This document shows, piece by piece, positions 1-10,453 of a stretch of 64,000 nt of DNA. Source of the stretch: a bacterium (GTDB lineage Bacteria; UBA8248; JACPRG01; G963555815); the NCBI GenBank assembly GCA_965218795.1, contig OZ244653.1, forward strand, positions 1,824,001-1,888,000, read 5' to 3'. Both the position numbers and the translations under genes were made by a program. Below the pieces are notes generated by a model that saw only the letters and a program-made list of their open reading frames with translations, was not told the origin of the DNA and did not search any database. How positions within the stretch are numbered: the first letter of the stretch is position 1; each line of letters starts with the position of its first letter.

Positions 1-8
1 CCATTGAC

Positions 9-311
9 ATGGAAAACATCGTCCGGGAGACGCGGGACGAATCCAGAAAGGAAAGAGACTACGTCAAGGTCACCTATGGGTACAAGGAAACCGACCTGTA
101 CACCGAGAATGAGATCTCCGGACGCATCAAGGATTTTGAAAACAATCCCACGAAAGAGAATCTCCCGGATATCCCAGGCGTCACCACCTTGGGCGGCCGT
201 CTGGTCCTCATAACCCTTCGTCAAAATCTCCGGAAAGCCGCACTGGAGAATGTTCAGCGTCTCATTGACGCCAACAACGAAGTCCGCAAGGGGCTGAAGA
301 AGAAAAAGTAA
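9..311 (+). CDS. hypothetical protein, possibly the 3' end of a gene starting before the window
   Basis: 100-aa ORF co-directional with and 28 bp upstream of nagA; no motif recognised. Confidence 0.5.
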   Translation: MENIVRETRDESRKERDYVKVTYGYKETDLYTENEISGRIKDFENNPTKENLPDIPGVTTLGGRLVLITLRQNLRKAALENVQRLIDANNEVRKGLKKKK

Positions 312-339
312 CACCCTTTCCACCGCTTGGTTCATCCAC

Positions 340-1551
340 ATGGCCGATACGCCGATCCTTCTCCGCGGGGGGAGGGTTCATACGCCTGACGGCCCGTCCG
401 AACAGGCTGAGCTCCTCATCCGGGACGGACGCGTCGAGGCGTGCCAGCCGCGGATCCGGATCAGGCCCGAGATGGCCGTCCTCGATGTCCCGGGTCTCGA
501 AGTCCTTCCCGGGTTTATCGATCTTCAGGTCAATGGAGGCGGCGGGCGGGCGATTCTGGAGGGCACGAGCGAGGCGATAGAATCGGTTGCCCGCGCCCTG
601 CCCCCACAGGGTACGACTTCGTTCCTTCCAACGCTGATCAGCGCTCCCGAGGCCGATCTTCTCGACGCACTCGCCGCAATCCGTAAAGCTCGCGCCCATC
701 TCTCCGCTAAAAAGGATCCCCCTGCCGAAGCGTCGATTTCGGGGGTCCACATGGAAGGGCCGTTCCTCAATCCAGAAATGGCCGGGGCCCACCCGGTCGG
801 AGACATCCGCCCGCCTGATCCGGCGCTTTTTCACCGCATGGCGGACGCCTGGGCCGATGCGGACGGACCGCCCTCCGGACCCGCGTTTCTGACCTTCGCC
901 CCCGAAATCGAGGGTTCGATGGATCTTCTGGAAGCGGCTCTCCAACGGGGCTGGCTGCTCTCCTTCGGCCATACCCGGGCCACCTATGACGAGGCGGCTC
1001 TAGCCGTGGAGCGGGGGGTTCGCCTGGCCACGCACGTATTCAATCGAATGGGGGGCTTCCACCATCGAGAGCCGGGAGTCATCGGTCTGGCCCTGACCGA
1101 CGCAAGGGTGCAGTGCGGATTGATCGCCGACGGCATTCACGTCCATCCCGCAACCCTTCAAGCCGCCCTGCGACTGAAGGGGCCGGGCGGGGCGTTCCTG
1201 GTCTCCGACGCTACACCGGCGGGTGATTCACCGGTTGAATTTCCGGATCCGCACCGGATGGGCGGTACGGAGATTCAGCGTGAAGGCGACCGGCTCACGA
1301 CCGAAGGCGGGACGCTGGCCGGGGCGCTGTTGAGTCCCCGGCAGGCGCTTGAGAATGTCGTCCGATTTTGCGGATTCACCCTCGAAGAAGCGCTGCCCTG
1401 GGTAACTTCGACGCCCGCCCGGATCCTGGGTCTTGAGAAGCGGAAGGGGCAAATTGCCCCCGGGGCGGACGCCGATATCGTCATACTGGACCCGGACTGG
1501 GAGGTCCGATGGGTCTGCGTGGGAGGTCGAGTGGCGCTGGACCGCGTCTGA
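340..1551 (+). CDS. nagA: N-acetylglucosamine-6-phosphate deacetylase
   Basis: PGFIDLQVNGGGG, GTTSFLPTLIS, GVHMEGPFL, FGHT, THVFNRM, IADGIHVHP, LVSDA, GTLAG and GADAD motifs. Confidence 0.92.
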   Translation: MADTPILLRGGRVHTPDGPSEQAELLIRDGRVEACQPRIRIRPEMAVLDVPGLEVLPGFIDLQVNGGGGRAILEGTSEAIESVARALPPQGTTSFLPTLISAPEADLLDALAAIRKARAHLSAKKDPPAEASISGVHMEGPFLNPEMAGAHPVGDIRPPDPALFHRMADAWADADGPPSGPAFLTFAPEIEGSMDLLEAALQRGWLLSFGHTRATYDEAALAVERGVRLATHVFNRMGGFHHREPGVIGLALTDARVQCGLIADGIHVHPATLQAALRLKGPGGAFLVSDATPAGDSPVEFPDPHRMGGTEIQREGDRLTTEGGTLAGALLSPRQALENVVRFCGFTLEEALPWVTSTPARILGLEKRKGQIAPGADADIVILDPDWEVRWVCVGGRVALDRV

Positions 1552-1666
1552 TTCGAATCCAGGCCGCTCGGCCCCGATTCCGCATACCCTCCTGATGAAA
1601 ACCATCGCCGGGCCTCAAAAAACTTGTTCATCACCCGTGTGGACGGATAGAATTGATGCGGGCTGA

Positions 1667-3364
1667 TTGTGCGGCAGCGATGGGCAGGGGCGTTGGAGGT
1701 CGATATTGTCGGAAGGGTTCGACATCCTCTTTCGGAGGGCCAGAATTTTCGATGGTCTGGGTGGGGAACCTTTTGAAGGAGAGGTGGCGGTCCGTGGAGA
1801 CGAGATTGCCGCGGTCCGGAGGTCCCCGGCCGAAGGAGGGTCGTCCCGCCGTTCCCCCGGCCGGTCTCACGAGCTGACCGCCCGGCGGGAGCTCGATCTG
1901 AACGGCAAAGCCCTCTGTCCGGGTTTCATCGATATTCATTCCCATTCCGATTATTCCCTCCTCATCAACCCCCTTGCGGAGAGCAAGGTCCGGCAGGGAG
2001 TGACTACTGAGGTGGGCGGCAACTGTGGATACTCCGCCGCACCCGTCGCGGGAGAGGCCAAGGAGGAACGGCGTGACCTTTATCGGACCCGCTATGACTT
2101 CGACCCGGATTTCTCCGAGGTCAAGGATTATCTGGAGCGGATGGATGAGGCCGGCATATCAGTCAATTACGTCCACCAGGTGGGGCACAACACCATCCGT
2201 CAATCCGTCATGGGCGGCGTCGACCGGCCGCCTTCCCAGGCAGAGCTCGACGAGATGACCGGCATGGTCGAGGACGGTTTGGCCCAGGGGGCTTTCGGCA
2301 TTTCAACGGGTCTGGTCTACGCCCCGGCATGCTTCTCCTCCATGGAGGAGACAACTACGCTCGTCTCCGCGGCTGCAAAACACGGCGGATTTTTCAGCGT
2401 GCACATGCGAAGCGAGGGCGCCCTGCTCATCGAATCCATCGATGAAGTCCTGACGGTCTGTCGAGAAAGCGGGGCGCGGCTGCAGATTTCCCATCTCAAG
2501 ACCGCCGGGCGCGCCAACTGGAACAAAATCGACGAGGCCTTCGAACACATTGAACGGGCAGCGGCGTCCGGGGTGGATGTGGCTTGCGACCGGTATCCCT
2601 ACACCGCCTCCAACACCCATCTCTCCGCTCTTCTGCCCGACTGGGTCCATGAGGGGGGAAAGGCGAAGACGTTGGCAAGACTCAAAGATGAGACCGACCG
2701 TCAGCGAATCCGCGAGGCCTGGCGGGAAAGGGTCTGGGACCACGTCGTTATCTCTCTGGTCAGCCAGGGTGACAACAAGCGGTTCGAGGGGAAACCCGTG
2801 TCGTCCTGCGCCGAGGCACGGGGCGTGGAACCGCCGGATTTCGCAATGGACCTTCTCGTCGCCGAAGGGCTTTGGGTCGAAATCCTCCTGCTCCATCTCA
2901 TGGATGAAGGCAACCTCAGAAGGATCCTCAAGAAGCCGTATGTGTTGATCGGTTCCGATGCCGAGGCCCGGGCTCATTACGGCGTCCTTGGCGAAGGGGT
3001 TCCTCATCCGCGCGGCTTCGGGACCTTTCCGCGCGTTCTGGGGGCGCTGGTCCGCGGGGAAGGCCTCATGCCGCTGTCCGAAGCGATCGCCCGAATGACC
3101 TGGCTTCCGGCGCGGCGGGTGGGCCTGTCGCAAAGGGGATGCATCTCCACGGGGATGAAGGCCGACCTGGTGGCCTTCGATCCGGAGCGAATCCACGATA
3201 CGTCCACTTTCGAGTCATCCATCCGGTATCCTGAAGGCATTCACCATGTCCTGGTCAATGGGCGGCTCACCATCGAGGATGGCGCGCACCTGGGCGTGCG
3301 CGGCGGTCGATCCTTGCGCATGGGCGATGGGCATTCCAGTCGGAGGGAACCCCCCGTATGCTGA
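1667..3364 (+). CDS. N-acyl-D-amino-acid deacylase (D-aminoacylase, amidohydrolase); true start probably near 1707
   Basis: PGFIDIHSHSD, QGVTTEVGGNCG, STGLVYAP, HMRSEG, QISHLK, YPYTAS, IGSD, PHPRGFGTFPR, ADLVAFDP. Confidence 0.9.
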   Translation: MCGSDGQGRWRSILSEGFDILFRRARIFDGLGGEPFEGEVAVRGDEIAAVRRSPAEGGSSRRSPGRSHELTARRELDLNGKALCPGFIDIHSHSDYSLLINPLAESKVRQGVTTEVGGNCGYSAAPVAGEAKEERRDLYRTRYDFDPDFSEVKDYLERMDEAGISVNYVHQVGHNTIRQSVMGGVDRPPSQAELDEMTGMVEDGLAQGAFGISTGLVYAPACFSSMEETTTLVSAAAKHGGFFSVHMRSEGALLIESIDEVLTVCRESGARLQISHLKTAGRANWNKIDEAFEHIERAAASGVDVACDRYPYTASNTHLSALLPDWVHEGGKAKTLARLKDETDRQRIREAWRERVWDHVVISLVSQGDNKRFEGKPVSSCAEARGVEPPDFAMDLLVAEGLWVEILLLHLMDEGNLRRILKKPYVLIGSDAEARAHYGVLGEGVPHPRGFGTFPRVLGALVRGEGLMPLSEAIARMTWLPARRVGLSQRGCISTGMKADLVAFDPERIHDTSTFESSIRYPEGIHHVLVNGRLTIEDGAHLGVRGGRSLRMGDGHSSRREPPVC

Positions 3365-5223
3365 CCCTCCTGATTGTTTCCTTTCTTATTGGCGCAGGGA
3401 TCGCGTCCGTTCTGATCCTGACCTTCCGAACACGAAATGCCCTGCGCAACAAAAGAGATGCGGATCCTGAATACGAAAACGAACTCATCAGCGCAGATGT
3501 GGAAGAGATCGACGAGCCGTCGGTCAAAAGCCCAGCCACATTGCGCCTCCGCACCAGACCCGGTACCGCGATGCCGAAGCCCATCTCCCGAGAGAACGAT
3601 CCCGCCGCCCGGACCCTCAGCCTCGGCGGAGACCTTCCAGAAAGCGCAGCTGAAAGCATGGGCGCTGAGACGGTCCCCGCGCAGGAGGATGAGACGAGGC
3701 AGGTTGAGACAGAGGAGGCATTCTCCGGCGTTTCCGGGCCGTCCGATCTGGAAAGGGAGCTCCTTTCATCGGACCAAGAACCCTTGGAGGCGCCGGAAGG
3801 CCAGTCCGCCACGCCGCAGCGCCCTCCGAATTTTCAACCCCTTGAAGATGAGGGGTTCTCTGAACCCGGGATCATCGAAACCTTGGAGCGCCCGGCCGGC
3901 GAATCGGAGGAAACCGCCGAACCGCCATTGCTGACACAGGACCCGCTGGACCCCTCTGAAACCTTGGAAGAGAGCCCCTCCGAGACGGGGGGGCATCGGA
4001 CCTCTGGCGTCCCCTCGCTCCTCAACAGATTGGAACAATTGACAAAAGAGTACAACTTTCCGGACCCGCCTCTGCTTGATTCATGGCGGCCGCTGGACTC
4101 CGAGACCCATCAGGAAAACGAATCTGAAATCGTCTCCAGCGGCGTGGGGCTGTCAAAATCCTTCGCCCAAGAGTTTCACGAAATCTTAAAAGGTCTGGAT
4201 AAGGAGGAAGGCAAAGGAGAGGTGATTCCGCCGGACTCGTATTACCTTCTGGCTTTGTTTGCTTTTTACGCCGGAGAATTCGAATCCGCGGTGGCCTACC
4301 TTCAAATAGCGCTGGATTCAGGGACGGACCCCGCCCGCCCGCTCAACCTCCTGGGCTTGGTCTACCACTTGCAAGGATTTGAAACCGAGGCCGAATCCAG
4401 GCTTCAAGAGGCGGCGGAGACGGCCGGCGCTCCACTTTCCGACAGGGCGATCATCCTGACGAATCTGGGTCTGGTCTCCACCTATCGGCGGGCGCCGGAT
4501 GACGCCTTGGGGTACTATGCCCAGGCCCTGGAAATTCACCACCGGCTGGAGAACAAATCCGAGGCTGCGGAGACTCTGAGTCGGATGGGACGTCTGTGCC
4601 GAGCCAAGCATGCACTCTATGAAGCCTCCAAGTACCACCACGAGGGACTAGAGATCTGGCGTTCCCAGGGCGACCGGGCCAAGGTGGCGCTGGAGTTGCG
4701 TCTCCTGGCGGCGGTCCTCAGGGAGAAGGGAGACTACCCCGACGCCCTGGACCTGAGCGAGCGAGCGCTGGCCATGAACCGCGAGTCGGGCGATGTGCGC
4801 GAAGAGGCCATCAACCTGGGGAACATCGGGCTCATCTACAGCACCGAAAAAGATTGGCCCAAAGCGGTGGAATACTTTTACGCCGGTCTCTCGCTACATC
4901 GACAGGTTGAAAACTTACGGGGGGAAGCGGGCAGCCTGGGAAACATCGGCAACATCTTTTTCCTTCAGGGAAAGACGGAAGAATCCCTGAGGTCTTATTT
5001 GCGCGCATTGGAAATCAATCGTCAGATCGGATACTTCTGGGGAGAGGCCGTTGATTTAGGGAATATCGGAAAGATCCAGATGCACCTGGGCGACTCGGCG
5101 GCGGCCGCAGAAAATCTTCGGGAAGCCCGCCGGCTTTTCATCGAGTTGAACGCTACAGCTCAGGCGGAGGCCGTACAGACGACCCTTCAAGAGATGGGCG
5201 CCCTCGAGCCTCGGGAATACTAG
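3358..5223 (+). CDS. membrane-anchored tetratricopeptide-repeat protein
   Basis: N-terminal hydrophobic helix, acidic Pro-rich linker, then repeated LGNIG...A..Y...AL TPR units. Confidence 0.85.
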   Translation: MLTLLIVSFLIGAGIASVLILTFRTRNALRNKRDADPEYENELISADVEEIDEPSVKSPATLRLRTRPGTAMPKPISRENDPAARTLSLGGDLPESAAESMGAETVPAQEDETRQVETEEAFSGVSGPSDLERELLSSDQEPLEAPEGQSATPQRPPNFQPLEDEGFSEPGIIETLERPAGESEETAEPPLLTQDPLDPSETLEESPSETGGHRTSGVPSLLNRLEQLTKEYNFPDPPLLDSWRPLDSETHQENESEIVSSGVGLSKSFAQEFHEILKGLDKEEGKGEVIPPDSYYLLALFAFYAGEFESAVAYLQIALDSGTDPARPLNLLGLVYHLQGFETEAESRLQEAAETAGAPLSDRAIILTNLGLVSTYRRAPDDALGYYAQALEIHHRLENKSEAAETLSRMGRLCRAKHALYEASKYHHEGLEIWRSQGDRAKVALELRLLAAVLREKGDYPDALDLSERALAMNRESGDVREEAINLGNIGLIYSTEKDWPKAVEYFYAGLSLHRQVENLRGEAGSLGNIGNIFFLQGKTEESLRSYLRALEINRQIGYFWGEAVDLGNIGKIQMHLGDSAAAAENLREARRLFIELNATAQAEAVQTTLQEMGALEPREY

Positions 5224-5561
5224 GCATACGGCGCCTTGTCGTTTCCGCCTGGGCAACTGTCCTGGCGGCGCCGTACAGAACTTCACCTTCCCCTCCACCC
5301 GCGAGTTGACGGGATGCCGAATCGCATGAGAGGAAAGCCGCCTTCCGAAACCGCGAAGAATTCATGGCTTGAACCCTGGTAAGTTCAGCCGACAAAAAAT
5401 CGAAATGACCGCCCGCAGAGTTGGCGGATCGGTCCATTCATTTTATTCTGCAAATTTCGGTCCAGGGGGCGCAGCGAGATGGTCTTGACCCTATCCGGAA
5501 CGGGCGGCAGAGCCTATCCTGTCAGGAGAAAGGTTCAATCAGAGTGATGGAGGTCAGCTGA

Positions 5562-5960
5562 ATGGTTCGACGACTCGTTTCGGTTTCTCTTGCCGTGTCT
5601 CTTGCCGTGTCTCTTGTCTGCGTCAGCGGCGTCCCTCTCGCCGCACAATCGGCTTTTCGGCTCCCGGCGGCTCTCATGATCAGCTTTCTGAATCGAACCC
5701 AGCAAATCGCCTACGCCATCGGAGTCAGCGATTGGGAGCGCCTCCAAGCGGAGTCCGAAGGACTGGCGAACGATACGGATTCCTACGCCAAGCTGATTCC
5801 TCCCGGCATTCCCATGGCCAGTCAACTGCGGGATTTTCGGGCAGGCGTTCAGGCCCTGATTGGAGCGGCGGGGAGACGGGACGGGGAGGAAATCGGACGC
5901 TGGCTGGGCACAATCGAATCCGGATGCATCAAGTGCCACAAGCTGTACCGCGACCTTTGA
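5562..5960 (+). CDS. cytochrome c' (class II)-like periplasmic protein
   Basis: signal peptide, helical body, C-terminal CIKCHKLYR haem motif. Confidence 0.75.
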   Translation: MVRRLVSVSLAVSLAVSLVCVSGVPLAAQSAFRLPAALMISFLNRTQQIAYAIGVSDWERLQAESEGLANDTDSYAKLIPPGIPMASQLRDFRAGVQALIGAAGRRDGEEIGRWLGTIESGCIKCHKLYRDL

Positions 5961-6165
5961 GACGGCCCGCCTGCCGACTCAACCGACCTTTCCGGATGCC
6001 CGTGGCCTTTTCTTGGGGCGGTCCCTGAAACCCCAGGGGTTCAGGGACCCATCACTCCCCCCTTGAGGGGGAGTCGAAAAACCCGAGCGGGTTTTTCGGT
6101 GGGGGGCGGGTGGGCATGACATGAGAGGACCCACAGGCCGCGCTTCCATCATGCCCGACGGCGGT

Positions 6166-6504
6166 TCAGGGAACCGCCGGGTCAGGCGCCCAGGAATACT
6201 CGATACGCTCCACGCGCCGCCCTTCGCTCATCGCGTCGATGATCTCCGGAACGTCGTCGGGCTGAATTCCGCAATACCAGGTCCCCTCGGGATAGATGGC
6301 CACGGTCACGCCGGCGCCGCACGGCCCCAGGCAACTGGTTCCGGCCATCATCACCTTGTCCCAGAGATTTCGTTTTCCAATTTCATCGGCGAACCGCATC
6401 ATGCATTCCTGGGCGCCCTGCGGCCCGCAGGAACCTCGCGGATGTCCTTCGGGACGCTTGTTGTTGCAGATAAAGATGTAATGCGCGGGTCCCCTGGGTT
6501 CCAT
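6166..6504 (-). CDS. thioredoxin-like (2Fe-2S) ferredoxin
   Basis: HYIFICNNKRPEGHPRGSC...TSCLGPC..GVTVAIYPEGTWY; ATG at 6504 preceded by AAGGAGG-like GAAGGAGA. Confidence 0.85.
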   Translation of the reverse strand: MEPRGPAHYIFICNNKRPEGHPRGSCGPQGAQECMMRFADEIGKRNLWDKVMMAGTSCLGPCGAGVTVAIYPEGTWYCGIQPDDVPEIIDAMSEGRRVERIEYSWAPDPAVP

Positions 6505-6646
6505 GCGTTCTCCTTCCTTGACCAGGCGATGGTTTCCTGTGCAATCACGGCCCTGTTCGAAAGAAGGGGACGGTGAATCCGTCCCCTTCCGAAGCCACTC
6601 CATATCTTTCAGCAGTCCCGCCGCCGGGGATCCCGGACACGGTTCT

Positions 6647-7255
6647 CTAGGCGGCGCCCAGACGGACGTTCACCGCGTCCCAGTTGACGACGTTCCACCA
6701 GGCGGCGATGTAATCGGGGCGACGATTCTGGTAATTCAGGTAATAGGCGTGCTCCCAGACGTCAATGCCGAGCAGAGGCGTCAGGCCCTCGGTGCGGGGG
6801 CTCGTCTGGTTGGGCATGGCCTTGATCGAAACCTCTCCACCCTGGGCGACCAGCCAGCCCCAGCCACTCCCCTGGACGCCGGTCGCCGCCTTGCTGAATT
6901 GCTCTTTGAAGGAGGCGAAATCGCCAAAGGCCGCATGAATGGCATCCGCAACGGCTCCGGTCGCATCTCCGCCCCCGTTGGGCGACATGGTCTTCCAGAA
7001 GATGTTGTGGTTGTCGGTCCCGCCGCCATTGAAATTTACGCCGCCCCGGACATCCTCCGGAACACTGCTGATGTTGGCCAGCAGTTCCTCCACCGACATC
7101 GATGCGAGGTCGCCGCCGAGCTTTTCCAGGATACCGTTCACGTTGTTGATATAGGTCTGGTGATGCTTGCTGTGGTGAATCTCCATGGTTCGGGCATCGA
7201 TATGAGGCTCCAGCGCGTCATAGGCATAGTCCAACTTCGGCAACTCATAAGCCAT
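6647..7255 (-). CDS. Fe/Mn superoxide dismutase
   Basis: [50 protein letters not shown]; metal specificity not assigned. Confidence 0.95.
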   Translation of the reverse strand: MAYELPKLDYAYDALEPHIDARTMEIHHSKHHQTYINNVNGILEKLGGDLASMSVEELLANISSVPEDVRGGVNFNGGGTDNHNIFWKTMSPNGGGDATGAVADAIHAAFGDFASFKEQFSKAATGVQGSGWGWLVAQGGEVSIKAMPNQTSPRTEGLTPLLGIDVWEHAYYLNYQNRRPDYIAAWWNVVNWDAVNVRLGAA

Positions 7256-7403
7256 TTTCAGGTTCTCCCATCTGGACAACGTAATGGAGGGGAAGCCGAC
7301 CGCTTCGGCTCACCTTCACACCCACGCTCGCCGGCACGCCCGGGGCGCAGGTCGGCGAATTTCCGGTAAGAATTGTTACCATGAACATTCTAATACGGTC
7401 AGG

Positions 7404-8366
7404 GGGCTTGTCAACTATACCCATGATCAGGGCCGGCTATATCTCGAGAAGATGCTGCCCAACGTGCAGACGGCAGTCACCGAAAACGTCCCCGAAGGGG
7501 GCGAGTCAGAGCGGGTCATCAACCAGTACGCCCGCAGGGGTTACAATCTGATTTTCGCGACGAGCTTCGGCTACATGGACCCGACGATCCAGGTCGCCAA
7601 GAAGTTCCCCGATACAGTGTTCATGCACTGCTCCGGCTTCAAGACCGCCCCCAACGTGGGGACGTACTTCGGCCGCATGTATCAGGCGAAATACCTCGCC
7701 GGTCTGATAGCCGGCCATATGGCCAAGACCAACATTTTGGGGTACGTCGCGCCGCACCCCATCCCGGAGGTCATCCGGCACGTCAACGCCTACGCGCTCG
7801 GAGTCCGGGAAATCCGGCCGAACGCCAAGATCCACGTTGTATTCACGAATTCGTGGTATGACCCCGCCAAAGAACGCGAGGCTGCGGAGAGCCTGCTGGA
7901 CATCGGCTCGGACATCATGTCTCATGGGCAGGACTCCCCGGCCACCATCCAGGCTGCAGCGAAGCGCGGTAAGTTTGTGTTCGGATACGACTCGGACATG
8001 ACGAAGTTCTCGCCGAAGTACCACTTGACCGCTCCCATGTGGAATTGGGGCATTCTATACGTCGCAATCGCCAAGGCCGTCCGTGCGGGGACGTGGAAAA
8101 ACGATCAAATATGGCCGGGCATGGAGAGCGGAGTCGCCACGCTCGCTCCGTTCAATAAAGCCATCCCCAAGAAGGTCGTTGACCTGATCAAGAAGAAGCG
8201 CAATGCCATCGAAACCGGAAAGCTCAAGGTTTTCCGAGGTCCTGTCAAGGATCAAGGCGGAAAGGTTATGATCCCGGCGGGCCGCTCCGCTGCCGATCCC
8301 GAAATGCTGAGCATGAGCTACTTCATCGAAGGGGTGGTGGGGACGCTGCCGAAGGGGGAAAAGTAG
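7404..8366 (+). pseudogene. BMP-family ABC transporter substrate-binding protein lacking its N-terminus
   Basis: HDQGR, ENVPEG, IFATSFGY, YFGRMYQ, NAYALG, SWYDPAKE are present; no signal peptide or first strand upstream of ~7404. Confidence 0.65.
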
Positions 8367-8453
8367 ACGAATCCTCGCGAATGCCAGTCCGGGGCACTGC
8401 GTCGGTCCGCGATGGACTGCGTGGTTCCCGGCTGAATCCTGAATCGTTTGCTT

Positions 8454-8489
8454 AAACAAGCGGGCCGCCTTTTGGCGGCCCGCTTGTTT
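8454..8489. terminator. intrinsic terminator-like hairpin, probably bidirectional
   Basis: perfect 16-bp stem AAACAAGCGGGCCGCC-TTTT-GGCGGCCCGCTTGTTT between convergent genes. Confidence 0.7.
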
Positions 8490-9076
8490 CTCCCCACCGC
8501 ACTCAGGTGATCCGACTCAAACCGCCTGTACCAAATTCCCGATGTCTGGCCTCTCTTCGTGTGCATCGCCGGTCGGAAGGGAATACCGCCCTCCTGGCGC
8601 ACAGGGAGGCAGCGCGGGCGATTTGGGTCCGATGAGAGCCAGAGGCCGGGAGGCTTCCACTCGGAGGCTGCCGAAAAACTCCGATGGTTTGCCGTTTTGG
8701 CCAAGAGCCGGACCTAACGAGGGGTCATTCCGAACGCAGCGAGGAATCCGCTCAAGCCGGGAAAACGGCCGAGAGAGGATCATCCAGGCCGCGAGTGTTC
8801 AAGCTGGAGCGGATTCGTCCTTGGGGACTCGCTGCACGTAGGTTCCATCGGCCTTCATATCCCACGCCTGCCGCTGGTCTTCCAGTGATATCTGCAAGAT
8901 TTCCCAAAGCTTGGCGCGAAGGAGCGGATCTTCCACCGGCACGATCGCCTCCACCCGTAAGGACAGATTGCGAAACATCCAATCGCTGGACCCGATAAAG
9001 AATTCCCCGCCCGCCGGGTCCGATACCGGGATGCGACGGTCGGCTGAAAATTCTTCCGCCCGGTTCAGGTTTCATA

Positions 9077-9724
9077 TCAGACCTGGGCCGGTTTTCGAGC
9101 CCCTTCGTTGATCAGCCTGAGAACCTCCTCGGTCGACAGCACCGCTCCGCAGTGATAGGCCACGTTTTTCAGCGTAGCCACGTGAAGCTCCTCGGAATAA
9201 CTGGCCGTTCCGTCGCTGACGACGATGACGTCGAAGTCAAGATTCCAGGCGTCACGCGCCGTGGATTCCACGCACACATTCGTGACCACTCCTGAGAGGA
9301 TGAGCGTTGTGATTCCGCGGTTCCGCAGCAGGACCTCCAGGTTTGTGTTGAAAAAGGCGCTGTACCTGCATTTTTCGACGACGAGCTCCGCCGCTTCGGG
9401 CGTGAGCTCATCCATCACGGCCGCCCCCCACGTGCCCCGGCGGCAAAGCCTGCGATCCCGCATCCGCTCCGGGACGATTTTGTGATGGCGGTCCTCGTAA
9501 GTGAACTCGTCGAAGATCATGGCCGTATACAGGACGAAAAGCCCCCGCGCCCGGCCGGCCTCAAGAAGCCGCTGGATGGCGGGAACGACTCCCTGCGCCG
9601 GGTCGATCGGAATTCCACGCTGATCGAAATCGCCGCCCGGCGAGCAGTAATCGTTCTGCATATCCACCACGACGAATGCGGTTTCGGCGGGATCGATTTG
9701 AATCGGCTGACTGCCCTCGGGCAT
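9077..9724 (-). CDS. isochorismatase-family cysteine hydrolase (RutB-like)
   Basis: VVDMQNDYC, GTWGA, EKCRYSAFFNT, GVVTNVCVESTARDA. Confidence 0.9.
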   Translation of the reverse strand: MPEGSQPIQIDPAETAFVVVDMQNDYCSPGGDFDQRGIPIDPAQGVVPAIQRLLEAGRARGLFVLYTAMIFDEFTYEDRHHKIVPERMRDRRLCRRGTWGAAVMDELTPEAAELVVEKCRYSAFFNTNLEVLLRNRGITTLILSGVVTNVCVESTARDAWNLDFDVIVVSDGTASYSEELHVATLKNVAYHCGAVLSTEEVLRLINEGARKPAQV

Positions 9725-10162
9725 CGCTCACTCCTCCATCCCCGTGGTTCACAAATTCGTCCGTTGACGAAAAACTCATCAAGGATAGGATAACCGAAAC
9801 AGAATGATTGGGGACACCGATTCTCGACGAGCCGGCTGCAAGAGAGCCAATCGGGGCGGAACAATCGGGTGAGACTCACGAGCCGGATCGCGACAAAGAG
9901 GGAGGATGCACGGATCATCTCGATCGAAGGGGAAACCCGATGAAGAAATTGAAGAGATCATTGGATTCTTTCACTTCCGATTCTCTATATTCCCGTCGTC
10001 CACTTTCCCTTTCACGCCGAGGGACGTTACTCTTTTCAGGGACGCTCTTTCCTCTTGATTGATGTTGCCGTCGCGCTTCTCCTCATCTGGAAGGCGGTGA
10101 AGGATCGAGCGCCCTCGCTGTTCGCCTGGCTCAATCAAGACAAGGTTGCGCTCTCATCCGGA

Positions 10163-10229
10163 GGACGTTTTCCCGACCATCCCTCTCCCTCTGGGAGAGG
10201 GTGGCCGAAGGGCGGGTGAGGGCGTTCGA
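10163..10229 (+). repeat. REP-like palindromic repeat, copy 1
   Basis: CCCTCTCCC-TCT-GGGAGAGGG hairpin followed by TGGCCGAAGGGCGGGTGAGGGCGTTCGA; near-identical copy at 11466-11532. Confidence 0.75.
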
Positions 10230-10453
10230 AGGCAGGGTTTTACGCTGGATGCGGACGTGCGCTTCCAGAATGGTGGAACGGGTCGGCATGCTATAATTTC
10301 AATCAGTTCAATCCACCCTGAGGGCGTTCGAATGGACAGGGGGTTCATTGACGCCGCGCTCGTCACCGTAAGCGCCGCTGGCGATTTTTTCAGACCCGCT
10401 CCTCCAGCCCGGGCATCCGGTCGCCGGGCGGAACAGACGCTGGGAGATTCATT

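Noticed and set aside
8490-9070. Small ORFs or an ncRNA between BMP and the hydrolase
   Set aside because: Overlapping ORFs without motifs; only short REP-like hairpins, not enough to call a feature.
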